Shown here piece after piece: positions 1-11,458 of a DNA stretch of 64,000 bases. The position numbers and the translations under genes were made by a program. The DNA lies in the NCBI GenBank assembly GCA_037445755.1, contig JBBIJW010000023.1:22351-86350 (forward strand). The letters run 5' to 3'. The stretch's first letter is position 1. Each line of letters opens with the position of its first letter. Source of the stretch: Planctomycetaceae bacterium. GTDB taxonomy: Bacteria; Planctomycetota; Planctomycetia; Planctomycetales; Planctomycetaceae. The notes under the pieces were generated by a model. It was not told the origin of the DNA. It saw only the letters and a program-made list of their open reading frames with translations, and did no database searches.

Positions 1-125
1 TTGAACTCCCCCCCTCACGGCCGTAGCATCGGCCTGCATGCACTGTGCCGGCCGGCACGCTCGGCGGTCCCGTCCGCCGGGTCTTTGGTCCTTCGACACT
101 CCTGCACCGCTCACTGTCGCTCGCC

Positions 126-2075
126 ATGTCTCAAGCCATCGAATCGGTCCTGCACGAAAAACGGAAGTTTCCGCCGCCGCCGGAGTTCGTCCGCCAGGCG
201 CACATCTCTTCCTGGGAGCAGTACCAGCAGATGTGGAACCGAGCCAAGGATGACCCGGCCGGCTTCTGGGGGGAGCTCGCCCAGACGGAGCTGGAATGGG
301 TGCAGCCCTTCACCCACGCTCTGGAAGGCCACATGCCGGAGACGAAGTGGTTCACCGGGGGCAAGCTGAACGCTTCCGTGCAGTGCCTGGACCGGCATCT
401 GAGCACCTGGCGGCGGAACAAGGCCGCGATCCTCTGGGAGGGGGAACCGGGAGATGCCCGCACCCTCACCTACCAGCAGCTTCATCGACAGGTGTGCCAG
501 TTCGCCAACGTCCTCAAACAGCTTGGCGTCCAGACGGGAGACCGGGTGACGCTGTACATGCCGATGATCCCGGAACTGGTGATCGCCATGCTGGCCTGCG
601 CGCGGATCGGAGCAACACATTCGATCGTCTTCGGCGGGTTCAGCGCGGACGCCATTGCCGACCGTAACAACGATGCACAGTCCAAGGTGGTGGTGACCGC
701 CGACGGCGGCTGGCGGCGCGGCAAGGAGGTTAAGCTCAAGGCGAATGTCGACGCTTCCTTGCCCAAATCCCCCAGCGTGCAGAAGGTCGTGGTCGTCCGT
801 CGCACCGGCGCCGAGGTGGAGATGCTCCCCGACCGCGACTACTGGTGGCACGAACTGATGGATCAGGCCGATGCAGATTGTCCCCCCACCCCCGTCGACA
901 GCGAACACCCGCTGTACATCCTCTACACCTCCGGCTCGACGGGAAAGCCCAAGGGGGTCCTCCACACCACGGCCGGTTATCTGCTCGGCACCAAGATGAC
1001 CTGTCGCTGGGTCTTCGACCTCAAGGAGGAAGACGTCTACTGGTGCACGGCCGACATCGGCTGGGTCACTGGTCACAGTTACATCGTGTATGGACCGCTG
1101 CAGAACGGGGCCACCGTTGTGATGTACGAGGGGGCCCCCAACTGGCCCGACAACGGCCGCTTCTGGGAGATCATCGAAAAGTACCGGGTGAACATCTTCT
1201 ACACCGCCCCCACCGCGATCCGCTCGTTCATCAAATGGGGGGACGAGTGGCCGCAGAAGTACGACCTCTCGTCGCTGCGGCTGCTGGGGTCGGTCGGTGA
1301 GCCGATCAACCCGGAAGCGTGGATGTGGTACCACCGCGTCATCGGCAGAGAGCGGTGCCCGATCGTCGATACCTGGTGGCAGACGGAGACCGGAGCGATC
1401 ATGATCTCGCCGCTGCCGGGGGTGACGGCGACGAAACCCGGTTCCTGCACGCATCCTCTCCCGGGTGTGGTGCCCGCCATCGTCACCGAGAAAGGGGAGC
1501 CGCTCGGTCCCAATCAGGGAGGATTGCTGGTCATCACGCAGCCGTGGCCCAGCATGTTGCGCACGCTGTACGGCGATCACCAGCGGTACCTGGATGTCTA
1601 CTTCGGGAAGATTCCCGGTCTGTACTTTGCCGGCGACGGAGCGCGGAAGGACGAGGAGGGGTACTACTGGGTGATGGGCCGCGTGGACGACGTGCTCAAT
1701 GTTTCCGGCCATCGGCTGAGCACGATGGAGGTGGAGTCCGCCCTGGTGTCGCATCCGTTGGTGGCGGAGGCGGCGGTCGTCGGCTTCCCGCATGAGATCA
1801 AAGGAGAGGGCATCTGCTGCTTTGTGATCCCCCGCGGCGAAACGCCCCCCGAGACTGTCAAGAAAGAGTTGATCGATCACGTTCGCAAGCAGATCGGAGC
1901 CCTGGCCACTCCGGATCAGATCCGGTTCACGAACGCCCTCCCGAAGACCCGCAGCGGCAAGATCATGCGGCGACTGCTGCGGGACATCGCCGCCGGCCGG
2001 GAAAGCGTCCAGGATACGACGACCCTGGAGGATTACAGCATCCTGGCGAAGCTGCGCGAGGAGGAGGAAGGATAA
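126..2075 (+). CDS. acs: acetyl-CoA synthetase (AMP-forming)
   Basis: ORF 45..2075. The first ATG at 126 gives [18 protein letters not shown]-binding signature [13 protein letters not shown] is present, and the C-terminal [14 protein letters not shown] is typical of Acs. Confidence 0.95.
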   Translation: MSQAIESVLHEKRKFPPPPEFVRQAHISSWEQYQQMWNRAKDDPAGFWGELAQTELEWVQPFTHALEGHMPETKWFTGGKLNASVQCLDRHLSTWRRNKAAILWEGEPGDARTLTYQQLHRQVCQFANVLKQLGVQTGDRVTLYMPMIPELVIAMLACARIGATHSIVFGGFSADAIADRNNDAQSKVVVTADGGWRRGKEVKLKANVDASLPKSPSVQKVVVVRRTGAEVEMLPDRDYWWHELMDQADADCPPTPVDSEHPLYILYTSGSTGKPKGVLHTTAGYLLGTKMTCRWVFDLKEEDVYWCTADIGWVTGHSYIVYGPLQNGATVVMYEGAPNWPDNGRFWEIIEKYRVNIFYTAPTAIRSFIKWGDEWPQKYDLSSLRLLGSVGEPINPEAWMWYHRVIGRERCPIVDTWWQTETGAIMISPLPGVTATKPGSCTHPLPGVVPAIVTEKGEPLGPNQGGLLVITQPWPSMLRTLYGDHQRYLDVYFGKIPGLYFAGDGARKDEEGYYWVMGRVDDVLNVSGHRLSTMEVESALVSHPLVAEAAVVGFPHEIKGEGICCFVIPRGETPPETVKKELIDHVRKQIGALATPDQIRFTNALPKTRSGKIMRRLLRDIAAGRESVQDTTTLEDYSILAKLREEEEG

Positions 2076-2317
2076 CGGCCCAGCCCCCGGTCCTCTCCCA
2101 CCTCACCCACGTGGGGGGGCCTCCGTCTCTGTCGCTACTGGAAAGCTCCGCTCCCCCCCACACCGATCACCGACGGTCGGCTGCCCACGGTTGGGAGGTC
2201 CACCCGTCAACATCCCCGGTCTCCGCTCAGCAACCCGGCCTTGGGCTGCGACGCGGTTCTCACTACGATTCCCGTCGGAAGGGGGGTGACTCTCCCGCCC
2301 GCTCGAAAGGACCCTCG

Positions 2318-3442
2318 ATGGGCGTTCCGATCTCCCAGATGTGGACCGTCGCGACGTATGTGCTGGGGCAGAAGCTCCGCGGCCGGCGACGGTATCCCCT
2401 CGTGCTGATGCTCGAACCGCTGTTCCGCTGCAATCTGGCGTGCGCCGGCTGCGGCAAGATTCAGTACCCGGTGGAAATCCTCCGCCGACAGCTCACTCCG
2501 GAGGAATGCTTCCGGGCCGTCGACGAATGCGGCGCCCCCGTCGTCTCCATCCCCGGCGGCGAGCCGCTGCTGCATCCTCAGATTCACGAGATCGTCGCCG
2601 GCATCGTGGCGCGGAAGAAGTACGTCTATCTGTGCACCAACGCCCTGCTGCTGGAGAAGCATCTCGACCGCTTCACACCATCGAAGTATTTGTCGTTCTC
2701 GATCCATCTCGATGGTCCGCGGGAGGAGCACGACGAGGCCGTCTGCCGCGAGGGGACCTTTGACATTGCCCTCCGCGCCATCCAGGCGGCGCTGGCGCGG
2801 GGGTTCCGCGTGACCACCAACACCACGCTCTTCTCCACCGCCGACGCTGACCGGATGCGGGAGTTCTTCGACCGGCTGATGGAACTGGGGGTGGAAGGGA
2901 TGATGCTCTCCCCCGGTTACCCCTATGAAAAAGCCCCGGATCAGGAGCACTTCCTCCACCGCCGCCAGACGACGCGGCTGTTCCAGCGGCTCCTGCATCG
3001 GGCCAAACGCTCCTGGCGGTTCAACCAGTCGCCGCTGTTCCTCGAATTCCTCCGGGGGAACTACGACCTGGAATGCACGCCGTGGGGCAATCCGACGTAC
3101 AACGTCTTCGGCTGGCAGAAACCGTGCTACCTCATTCAGGAGGGCTACGCGAACACGTTTCAGGAGTTGATGACGACGACGGACTGGAACGGTTACGGCC
3201 GGGCCAGCGGCAACCCCAAATGTCAGGACTGCATGGTCCACTGTGGTTACGAACCGACTGCGGTGGACCACGCCTTCGGCACGCTCCGGGGGCTGCTGGC
3301 GGCCGCCCGGGTGGCGCTGTTCGGGTTGCGGCCCTTGATCGGCAGCGGAACGGAACCGCTCCCTGCCAGCCCCCCCGCCCGCGGTCCGCTGGTGCAACTG
3401 GAAGTTCCCGTGCTGGCCGCCGACGGCAACGGGCGGGAATAA
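2318..3442 (+). CDS. hpnH: radical SAM adenosyl-hopene transferase (hopanoid side-chain biosynthesis)
   Basis: ATG 2318 ([11 protein letters not shown]). Radical-SAM cluster motif CNLACAGC is present. The C-terminal Cys-rich region ([19 protein letters not shown] ... [13 protein letters not shown]) resembles HpnH. Confidence 0.8.
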   Translation: MGVPISQMWTVATYVLGQKLRGRRRYPLVLMLEPLFRCNLACAGCGKIQYPVEILRRQLTPEECFRAVDECGAPVVSIPGGEPLLHPQIHEIVAGIVARKKYVYLCTNALLLEKHLDRFTPSKYLSFSIHLDGPREEHDEAVCREGTFDIALRAIQAALARGFRVTTNTTLFSTADADRMREFFDRLMELGVEGMMLSPGYPYEKAPDQEHFLHRRQTTRLFQRLLHRAKRSWRFNQSPLFLEFLRGNYDLECTPWGNPTYNVFGWQKPCYLIQEGYANTFQELMTTTDWNGYGRASGNPKCQDCMVHCGYEPTAVDHAFGTLRGLLAAARVALFGLRPLIGSGTEPLPASPPARGPLVQLEVPVLAADGNGRE

Positions 3443-3647
3443 CGCGCCGTCGGTGGCGATGCGGCGGGACGAGAGGCAGGCAGCTACTTTTCTCCACCGC
3501 CCCCCCAGGGGGCCAGCACCCGCGGCTCTCCAGCCGTCCGCACATGACACCGCCCCCGTGCTTCGCCATGATCCCGAGGCGGCCGTTCCGCGGAAGGACA
3601 GACTTCACCCCTCACCACGCGGCCGCAGCGCCGTTCAGGAGATTGTC

Positions 3648-4685
3648 ATGGCCTGGGAAAAGGAATTGGACGTGGGACTGAGGGCGGTGCGGGCGGCAGC
3701 TCAAGTGTGCCGCTCCGTGCAGCGGTCCATCACCCCGGAGACGCTCGCCAAGCAGGATAAAAGCCCCGTCACCATCGCCGACTTCGCCAGCCAGGCGATC
3801 GTCTGCCGGGCGCTGGCGGAGTCCTTTCCGCAGGACGCCGTGATTGCGGAGGAGGAGGCGTCCGCTCTCCTGGCTCCGGAAAACGAGACGTTCGTGGAGC
3901 GCATGCTCGCCGAACTGCGGGCGACGGGCGTGGCGGCCGTTCGGGAGGAAGTCGCGGCGTGGATCGACCACGGACGGCACACCCCGCACCCGCGGCGGTT
4001 CTGGACGCTCGACCCGATCGACGGTACCAAGGGCTTTTTGCGCGGAGAACAGTATGCGATCTCGCTGGCGTTGATTGTCGAAGGGCGGATCGAGGTGGCG
4101 GTGTTGGGCTGTCCCAACCTGCCGGCCGCTGGCGCGGACAACCATCCACCCGGGACCGTCTTCACCGCCGTGCGAGGGGGCGGGGCCCAGGTGCGGCCGC
4201 TCGATGACGTCCGAGCACCGCCTCGACCGGTCCACACCAGCCCCACGCGGAATCCGGCACAGGCCCGGCTGTGTGAATCAGTGGAGTCGGGGCATAGCGC
4301 GCATGGGGCTTCGGCCGAGATTGCCGCGCGACTGGGCCTGCAGCATCCGCCCGTCCGTCTGGACAGTCAGGCCAAGTACGCCGTCGTCGCCCGCGGCGAG
4401 GCCGACATCTATCTGCGGCTGCCGACGAAGAAGGACTACCGCGAAAAGATCTGGGACCATGCCGGCGGCGTGCTGGTGGTGGAGGAGGCGGGAGGACGCG
4501 TGACCGACGTGGAGGGGCGGTTGCTCGACTTCACCTGCGGCGCGGAACTGGCGCGGAACCGCGGCGTGGTGGCAACGAACGGCGGACTGCACGAACCCGT
4601 ACTTGCCGCAGTGGCGAGCGTCCTCGGCAGGGGGGGAACGTCCCCCGCCAGAGAATCAGAGGAGAAGTCCGCTTTGAACGCTTGA
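3648..4685 (+). CDS. 3'(2'),5'-bisphosphate nucleotidase, HAL2/CysQ type (inositol monophosphatase superfamily)
   Basis: ATG 3648 (MAWEKELDVGLRAV). Motifs KSPVTIADFASQ, WTLDPIDGTKGF and WDHAGG are characteristic of the family. Confidence 0.8.
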   Translation: MAWEKELDVGLRAVRAAAQVCRSVQRSITPETLAKQDKSPVTIADFASQAIVCRALAESFPQDAVIAEEEASALLAPENETFVERMLAELRATGVAAVREEVAAWIDHGRHTPHPRRFWTLDPIDGTKGFLRGEQYAISLALIVEGRIEVAVLGCPNLPAAGADNHPPGTVFTAVRGGGAQVRPLDDVRAPPRPVHTSPTRNPAQARLCESVESGHSAHGASAEIAARLGLQHPPVRLDSQAKYAVVARGEADIYLRLPTKKDYREKIWDHAGGVLVVEEAGGRVTDVEGRLLDFTCGAELARNRGVVATNGGLHEPVLAAVASVLGRGGTSPARESEEKSALNA

Positions 4686-4998
4686 TCGCCCCCCGGCACA
4701 ACCGTTACGGCAGGTACCCCAGGCACGCTCCGCCGAGTCGAGGGGAGTCCCTTCGCCGCTCTGGGGTCACCGCCCGCCAGCGGCGCGATCGGAGCAATCG
4801 TCATCGCAGGTCCGGTCATCACGGTGTCTCATTCGCCGCCGTTGCTTTTCGGCAACAGATGTGGACCGGTGTGCTAGGGTTGCGGGTGTGGAGGCCGCTT
4901 CCTGAGCGGGAGGCCCTCCGGCCTGACAGGCGCGGGACACGCCGCAACAGGCAGCCCCCTGGGAGGCGCTCCGGGTTTCCCTTCCCCGGTTCACCGCC

Positions 4999-7299
4999 AT
5001 GCTCGATGACCAGCGTTTACGGACCGATCTGCTGGCGTTGGTGATCCTGGCGGCCGCGGCGTTTATCGCCCTGGCATTGTTCAGTTATCACCCGGCCGAC
5101 CCCCCCTCGACGCTAGTCTACCCCGCCGCGGACACGGTGCGGAATCTCTGTGGCCCGTTCGGGGCGCGGCTCGCTCACGCGCTCCAGACCTGGCTGGGAT
5201 GCGGCGCGTGGGTCGTCGTGGCGGCCCTGATCGCCTTCGATCTACGGCTGTTCTCCCGTCACCCGCACCGCAAGACAGGCATCCGAATCCTCGGTTGGAT
5301 GCTGATCGTCCTGTCGGCCTGCCTGTCGTGGCAGCTCCTCGCGCCCCACGCGGGAGAGGGACCGGCTGTCGGCAGTGGCGGTTACGTCGGCGCCTGGGGG
5401 ATGAAGTTGCTGGCGAACCAGCTCTCCTGGGCCGGGACGTTGATCGTCATCGCCACGCTCGCCGTGGCGGGACTGCTCCTCAGCCAGGAGTGGTTCCTGT
5501 TCCGACTTGTGGGGACTGTGACTGTGCTCCCAGTGCGGATCGCTGTCGGGATCGGGCGCGCGGTGCGGCGACGGTGCCGTACCGACACCGTCTCGCTGCG
5601 GGACGATCAGGCGTGTGCGACGTGGGACGAGGCGATGCGATCGCCCGTCGCGGCTGAGAGATCGGACGCGCCGCCGCTCGCGGAGGATTCGCCCCTCCCC
5701 GCTCTCGAATTCAAGGTGAACCCGCCTGTTCACGCCCGGGGGGGAGCAGAGAACCAGCCCGACCCGGCCGGACTGTACCAGCTTGGGACCCACCCCCAGT
5801 ACGAACTGCCGACGCTCGATCTGCTGGAAGAGAGCGAGGAATTCCCGTTTGAACTGCTGGCCCGCAAGGCTCAGGCGACGGCCGCCACCCTGGAGAAGAC
5901 TTTCCAGGAATTCGGCCTCCATGTGCGCGTCACGGAGATCGACACCGGGCCGGTGGTGACGCAGTTTGAACTGGACCTGGAACCGGGATTGCGCGTCTCC
6001 AAGGTGGCTGCCCTGCAGGATGACCTGGCGATCGCCCTGCGCGTGCCCGCCGTGCGCGTGGTGTCTCCCATTCCGGGGAAGAACACCGTCGGCGTGGAAG
6101 TGCCCAACGAACGGCGGGTAATGGTGCGGCTGAAGGAATTGCTGCAAGCAAGCGCCCCCCAGGCGGAGTCGCTGCGAATCCCGATCTACCTCGGCAAGGA
6201 CGTCAGCGGGCGTCCGCTGACGGTCGACCTGACCAAAATGCCGCACCTCCTGATCGCGGGTCGCACCGGGACCGGCAAGAGCGTCTGCCTCAACGCGCTG
6301 ATCTCCTCGATCCTGATGACCCGCTCGCCCGACGATGTGCGGATGCTGATGATCGATCCCAAGATGGTCGAACTCAGCCCCTACAAACGCATTCCACACC
6401 TGATGCACCCCGTCATCACCGATATGAAAAAGGCCGAGGCGGTGCTGGCCTGGGCGGTGGACAAGATGGAGGAGCGATATGACCTGCTCGCGCAAGTGGG
6501 CGTGCGGCACCTCGACAGCTACAACGCCCTGGGCAAGGAGCGGGTGCTGGACAAGCTGGGCGTGGAACCGGACAGCGATGAGGCGGAGGCGATCCCCGAG
6601 CGAATGCCCTACATCGTGATCATCGCCGATGAGATGGCCGACTTGATGATGACCTCCGGCAAGGACGTGGAAGGGCATATCATCCGCCTGGCGCAGAAGT
6701 CGCGGGCCGTCGGCATCCACCTGGTGCTGGCCACGCAGAAGCCGACCGTGGACGTGATCACCGGCCTCATCAAGTCGAATCTGCCGGCGCGGATCGCCTT
6801 CCAGGTCGCCAGCCGCACCGACAGCCGCGTGGTGCTCGACGAGTGCGGGGCCGAGCGGCTGCTGGGCCACGGCGATCTGTTATACCTCGCGCCGGGGACC
6901 AGCACGCTCACCCGGGCCCAAGGGACCTTCGTGTCCGATGAGGAGCTGCATCGTCTGCTGGCCTTCTTTGAGCAGTATGAGCCGCAGTACGAAGACGAGA
7001 TCGAACGGGCCACGCGGGCGGCCCTGCGCACCAGCCAATCCGGCGGTGAGGAGTCGCGGCCTCAGGACGACCTCTATCCGCAGGCCGTGGAGGTGGTGAT
7101 CCGGGAGGGACGCGGCAGCGTCTCCCTGCTGCAACGGGCGCTGGGCATCGGCTACGGCCGCGCCGCCCGCATGATCGACTGGATGGCCGAGGACGGCGTG
7201 GTGGGCGAGTACAATGGTTCCAAGTGCCGCGAGGTCGTCTGTACGTTGGAAGACTGGCAACGGCGGCAGGGGGAGATGGTGGAGGAAACGGCGGTCTGA
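4999..7299 (+). CDS. ftsK: DNA translocase FtsK/SpoIIIE
   Basis: N-terminal TM helices, Walker A IAGRTGTGKSV, a RecA-like motor domain, and a C-terminal gamma winged-helix (SVSLLQRALGIGYGRAARMIDWM). Confidence 0.95.
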   Translation: MLDDQRLRTDLLALVILAAAAFIALALFSYHPADPPSTLVYPAADTVRNLCGPFGARLAHALQTWLGCGAWVVVAALIAFDLRLFSRHPHRKTGIRILGWMLIVLSACLSWQLLAPHAGEGPAVGSGGYVGAWGMKLLANQLSWAGTLIVIATLAVAGLLLSQEWFLFRLVGTVTVLPVRIAVGIGRAVRRRCRTDTVSLRDDQACATWDEAMRSPVAAERSDAPPLAEDSPLPALEFKVNPPVHARGGAENQPDPAGLYQLGTHPQYELPTLDLLEESEEFPFELLARKAQATAATLEKTFQEFGLHVRVTEIDTGPVVTQFELDLEPGLRVSKVAALQDDLAIALRVPAVRVVSPIPGKNTVGVEVPNERRVMVRLKELLQASAPQAESLRIPIYLGKDVSGRPLTVDLTKMPHLLIAGRTGTGKSVCLNALISSILMTRSPDDVRMLMIDPKMVELSPYKRIPHLMHPVITDMKKAEAVLAWAVDKMEERYDLLAQVGVRHLDSYNALGKERVLDKLGVEPDSDEAEAIPERMPYIVIIADEMADLMMTSGKDVEGHIIRLAQKSRAVGIHLVLATQKPTVDVITGLIKSNLPARIAFQVASRTDSRVVLDECGAERLLGHGDLLYLAPGTSTLTRAQGTFVSDEELHRLLAFFEQYEPQYEDEIERATRAALRTSQSGGEESRPQDDLYPQAVEVVIREGRGSVSLLQRALGIGYGRAARMIDWMAEDGVVGEYNGSKCREVVCTLEDWQRRQGEMVEETAV

Positions 7300-7570
7300 T
7301 GGCGTCCCCGGCACCGGGGCCGAATTGCCGGCGGCGGTCGGTCGGCGGGGGAGCCGCCGCCGCCGGTTGCCTCAGCGTGGCTCAAAGGGCGCGGCGAACG
7401 CCGACAACGGCGCCGGAGCCGTTACCACCGGTGCAACCGGACGCTTCGCCGGAGGGATGCCAAGATTCGGCAGAGGGAGTATTTGCGAAGACAGTTCGCA
7501 ACCCACCCTGGAACTACGGTTTTGGCGGTCCGGCTGATCTTCCTCGCTGCTCCGTGCCGGATGCCCCGTC

Positions 7571-8800
7571 ATGCAGACTGCGGACCGCTACCGACGCCAC
7601 CTTCCCGCCAACGGCTCTCCGCGGGGGACGGTGATGGTCTTCGTCGCGGTGGTGCTGTCGGTGGTGTTTGTGTTCTGTGCCCTGTCGGTCGACATCGGGC
7701 TGATCGTGCTGGCGCAATCCCAGTTGCAGACGGCGGCGGACGCCGCAGCACTGGCCGGTGCCCAGGCGATTCCCCAGGGGGCGACTGCGGCGGCAGCAGC
7801 AGCGGAGTTCGTCGCGGAGCACCACCACGCCGGTCACGGCGCCGTCGACTTCCGACCTGCGGAAGACTTCGAGCTGGGACGCTGGGACGAGGCCACCGCG
7901 GCGTTCCTGCCACTCTCCGGCTCCGCCCGCAAACAGGCGGACACCGTACGCGTGACCACTCGCTGCCTCACATCCCGCGGCACGCATCTGCGGCTGTTCT
8001 TCGCGCCGATCTTCGGCACCCGCAGCGCCGAGGTGGAAGCCAAAGCGACCGCTCGGATCAAAGCTCATGCCTGCGGGCGGCTGGTGGGACTCGACTGGAT
8101 TCAGATGAGCAGTGGTTACACGGACAGCTACGACTCGCGCCTCGGCGGCTATGCCTCGCAGACGCCCGGCTCGCAAGGGAACCTGTGCAGCGACGGCCCC
8201 ATCACGCTCCAGCACTGCACTGTCAACGGCAATGCCAATCCGGGGGAGGGGTATTCCACGACCCTCCAGAATGCGATCGTGACGGGCAATCTGTCTACGC
8301 ATCCCCCCATCAGCGCTCCGCCGGTCGATCCGACTCCGGCGGCGCTCGCCAACGACAACGACCTGATCCCCCCCGAATACTGGGATGCCCAGGGCAACTT
8401 CAAGCTGCAAAGCCCCGACACACTCCAGCTTCCGCCCGGACGGTATTACTTTCCCCGGGACTTCATCCTGCAAGGTACGTTGGAGATTACCGGCCCGACG
8501 GAGTTCTACATCATGGGCTACACCAACGTGGCCGGGCAGGGACTGGTGAATCCCTCGATGCAGCCGATCAACCTCCAGGTCTACCTGTTTGGCTCCGACT
8601 ACAAGAACTCCGGCGGCTCGGATTTCTACGGCGTCGTCTACGGACCGGAGACGCACGTCCTGATCTCCGGAAACGCCAATTTCTACGGCTCAATTCTGGG
8701 GCGGACGCTGGCGATTCAGACCAACGCCGGCGTGCACTTCGACGAGGCACTCGGCGTGCTGGACATCGCCGCGCCCAAAATCCCCCGTCTGGTGGAATGA
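7571..8800 (+). CDS. TadE/TadG-like (Flp-pilus pseudopilin-like) membrane-anchored protein
   Basis: The N-terminus GTVMVFVAVVLSVVFVFCALSVDIGLIVLAQSQLQTAADAAALAGA matches the TadE/G-like N-terminal domain pattern. The C-terminal part is beta-rich (NANFYGSILGRTLAIQTNAGVHFDEAL). Confidence 0.55.
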   Translation: MQTADRYRRHLPANGSPRGTVMVFVAVVLSVVFVFCALSVDIGLIVLAQSQLQTAADAAALAGAQAIPQGATAAAAAAEFVAEHHHAGHGAVDFRPAEDFELGRWDEATAAFLPLSGSARKQADTVRVTTRCLTSRGTHLRLFFAPIFGTRSAEVEAKATARIKAHACGRLVGLDWIQMSSGYTDSYDSRLGGYASQTPGSQGNLCSDGPITLQHCTVNGNANPGEGYSTTLQNAIVTGNLSTHPPISAPPVDPTPAALANDNDLIPPEYWDAQGNFKLQSPDTLQLPPGRYYFPRDFILQGTLEITGPTEFYIMGYTNVAGQGLVNPSMQPINLQVYLFGSDYKNSGGSDFYGVVYGPETHVLISGNANFYGSILGRTLAIQTNAGVHFDEALGVLDIAAPKIPRLVE

Positions 8801-8815
8801 GCGACCGAGCCGTCC

Positions 8816-9235
8816 ATGCATTTTTTCCTCTCCCGTTCCTTCCTGTTGATCGCGACCATGGGCGTCGCCGGGACGCTGTGGCTGGCTCAGAGCTGGTGCA
8901 ACCACTTTCGCCAGTCGCTGGCGGACCCGCCCCGGCTGCACGTCGATCCCGGAACTCAGCTCTCGGTCGAGACAGATGGCCCTGGTGTGGTGACGAGACG
9001 GTTTCGGCTGAGCAACCGCGGTGGCCGGCGACTCATCCTCTCGCGGCTGAATCCGGACTGCCAGTGCCTCGACTCGTCTCCCCCCATCGTGATCCCCCCC
9101 GGAGAGACATACATCCTCGATCTGGACATCTCCGTGTCTGAGGAGGCACCCGTCCCAACGTGGCGGTTCCTGACGAACGATCCGAACCGGCCGCGACTGA
9201 CGTTGACGGTGGATCGCCCTCGTCCTCAGACGTGA
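8816..9235 (+). CDS. DUF1573-like membrane-anchored protein
   Basis: N-terminal TM helix followed by an Ig-like segment (RRFRLSNRGGRRLILSRLNPDCQCL ... PPGETYILDLDIS) typical of DUF1573. It starts 15 nt after the TadG-like gene. Confidence 0.5.
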   Translation: MHFFLSRSFLLIATMGVAGTLWLAQSWCNHFRQSLADPPRLHVDPGTQLSVETDGPGVVTRRFRLSNRGGRRLILSRLNPDCQCLDSSPPIVIPPGETYILDLDISVSEEAPVPTWRFLTNDPNRPRLTLTVDRPRPQT

Positions 9236-9281
9236 GGACGACGGCCCCCCGTGCGCTGGACCTGTCTGAAGGGCCCAGCAC

Positions 9282-10343
9282 TTAGGGCGTTGGCTTGTCC
9301 GGAGGGGGGGCGCTCTCGGCTGTCAGTCTCAGCAGCGATCCGGTCCGCCTCGCTTGGATGGCGCCGGGAAAGGTCGCGGCGCCGTCACCGCGATCTGCGT
9401 CCGCCAATTGCGCCAGTGCGCTCCAGTGACGAAAGGTCATCGCCCCTTCCGGCCACCCCCGGCCGCGCCAGAGCAGGCGAAAAGCTTCGCGACGGGTGGC
9501 GGGCGGCAGCGCGGCGAGCGGCCGCACATCCAGCCGGACCAGGGTCGGCATCGCCTCCAGCATGGCCGCAGTGAGCCCTTGCCCGGCGGCCGCGGTCATC
9601 TCTTCCACCAGTTCCCGGCACTGCCGTGCCAGACGGCAGAGCGCTGCGTCCACTTCCGGATTGAATTCCCGACGCAAGAGGGGCAACAGGACGTGGCGAA
9701 TCCGGTTCCGCGTCTGCCGCGTGTCGAGATTGGTGACGTCGCGCAGCCATGTCTGGCCGCGTGCCGTCAGCCACTGTTCGATCTCTTGACGCCGGACGGC
9801 CAGCAGCGGGCGGAGAATGTGCATCCCCGCGGCGAGGGGTGCTGCCGGGGCCATGCCCGCCAGTCCTCGCACTCCGCTGCCGCGGAGCAGGCGATGCAAA
9901 ACCGTCTCGGCCTGATCGTCGGCCGTATGGGCCATGGCCACCCAGGCCGCTCCGAGGTCCCGGGCGATCTCCGTCAACATGCGGCGTCGCCAGCGGCGTC
10001 CGCGATCTTCCCTGCCCGTGGCGGGACAGGAGGTCCCCCCGTGATCCTCCCCGAACCGGCGAATGACCAGCGGAACTGCGAGGCGTTGGCACAAGTCGGC
10101 CACCCACTGGGCATCTGAGGCCGAATCCGCTCGCCAGCCATGGTCGAAATGCGCGGCCGTCAACTTCCAGGCGAATGTTTCCTTCAGTTCTGCCAGCGCC
10201 GTGAGCAGAGCGGTGCTGTCGGGCCCTCCGGAGATGGCGATAATGAGCGGCTGGCCCTGGCCGACACGCCGGCCGACCTCCTCCGCGATCACCGGCAGGA
10301 GCGGGTCCGTGGCATCGAACGTGCAACTCGGGGAGACCATCAC
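9282..10343 (-). CDS. tilS: tRNA(Ile)-lysidine synthase
   Basis: PP-loop motif ISGGPDSTALL is present and the overall TilS layout fits. Start is GTG 10343 or ATG 10340. Confidence 0.9.
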   Translation of the reverse strand: MMVSPSCTFDATDPLLPVIAEEVGRRVGQGQPLIIAISGGPDSTALLTALAELKETFAWKLTAAHFDHGWRADSASDAQWVADLCQRLAVPLVIRRFGEDHGGTSCPATGREDRGRRWRRRMLTEIARDLGAAWVAMAHTADDQAETVLHRLLRGSGVRGLAGMAPAAPLAAGMHILRPLLAVRRQEIEQWLTARGQTWLRDVTNLDTRQTRNRIRHVLLPLLRREFNPEVDAALCRLARQCRELVEEMTAAAGQGLTAAMLEAMPTLVRLDVRPLAALPPATRREAFRLLWRGRGWPEGAMTFRHWSALAQLADADRGDGAATFPGAIQARRTGSLLRLTAESAPPPDKPTP

Positions 10344-10409
10344 CGATCCAGTGTAGCGGCGGGATCGGCGGGAGTGAGCAGGAATCGTGAGGCGGGACCC
10401 TCAGGGGGG

Positions 10410-11225
10410 TTACCGCTGCGCAATCAGTTCCGGACGCGGCAGGTCGGCGAGCGAGCGCAGTCCGAACAGTTCCAGAAACCGGGCCGTGGTCCGATAGGTC
10501 GGTTCTCCCCCCTCTTCCGTACGTTCGAGGGAGATCAACTGGCGACGCAGCAGTTGTCGCAAATGGGCGGCGGCGGAAGGGATGCCTGCCTCCTCGACCG
10601 CGGAACGGGTGAGCGGTTGTCGATAGGCCACCAAAGCCAGGACTTCCAGGGCCCCTTGGGCCAGTTTCACTTCCCGCGGACCGACGCCATAGACCCGCGC
10701 CCGGACCTTTTCAAACTCCGGGCGGAGCTGGAGGTGATAACCTCCCGCCGTCAGCAGGATTTCATAAGGACGTCGCTGACGCCGGTAGACGTCGTTCAGT
10801 TCGGCAATCCACCCCTCCACGTCCTCGGGTGAGGTCCGTTCGCCGATGAGATCGGCGAACTGTCGAGCGGTGAGCGGCCGTCCCCCCACGAACAGAAAGA
10901 CTTCGATGATCTGTCGGGGATGGATGCGCGGTTCCGTCGCCGGCGATCCGTCGCCGGTAGAGGCAGCGGGGCCGCACGCCGATGCCGGGGCGGCCTCCGG
11001 ATTGTCGAGTTCTGCGGGTGAACCTTCCCCTGCCACGGGTGGTTCGCCGGTCAGGAGGGACGAGGGGTCCGCATCCTCGGCGGCTTGCAGCGCCCGCTGA
11101 TAAGCGGCCTCCAGTTCGTCGGCGGACCAGGCCGCCTCACTGGGTTCGTCCGCGAAGGGCGCCGCGTCCGCCGGCGGGATGATCGCGCGAAACGGTTTGT
11201 CGTCTGCGGAAGACAGCGGGAGCAT
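10410..11225 (-). CDS. scpB: segregation and condensation protein B (acidic N-terminal extension)
   Basis: Two winged-helix ScpB repeats (EVFLFVGGRPLTARQFADLIG; LALVAYRQPLTRSAVEEAGIPS; YRTTARFLELFGLRSLADLP). ATG 11225 is preferred over the upstream TTG at 11303. Confidence 0.85.
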   Translation of the reverse strand: MLPLSSADDKPFRAIIPPADAAPFADEPSEAAWSADELEAAYQRALQAAEDADPSSLLTGEPPVAGEGSPAELDNPEAAPASACGPAASTGDGSPATEPRIHPRQIIEVFLFVGGRPLTARQFADLIGERTSPEDVEGWIAELNDVYRRQRRPYEILLTAGGYHLQLRPEFEKVRARVYGVGPREVKLAQGALEVLALVAYRQPLTRSAVEEAGIPSAAAHLRQLLRRQLISLERTEEGGEPTYRTTARFLELFGLRSLADLPRPELIAQR

Positions 11226-11360
11226 GGGCTCATCCCGACCAGTCTGTGAAACGTTCTCCCGGCGGGAGGGGGGACTATAGGCTGGAGGGGAGCAGAACCT
11301 CAAGAGGGTTTGGAGGGGGGCGCACGCAGTGTTGTTGGCGAGGGGGTTAAAAGCGCGCGA

Positions 11361-11382
11361 CCCTCAAGAGGGGTCTTGAGGG
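11361..11382 (-). terminator. candidate hairpin terminator downstream of the Cys-rich gene
   Basis: 9-bp stem CCCTCAAGA/TCTTGAGGG with a 4-nt loop. On the minus strand it is followed by TCGCGCGCTTTTAA, so the T-run is weak and displaced. A related CCTCAAGAGGG copy lies at about 11298. Confidence 0.3.
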
Positions 11383-11458
11383 CCGCGTGTGAATCGAACT
11401 CAGCCGGATCACTGCCGAGGAGATGCCTGACGACGGCAGTGGCACTGTTCCGTCGGAA

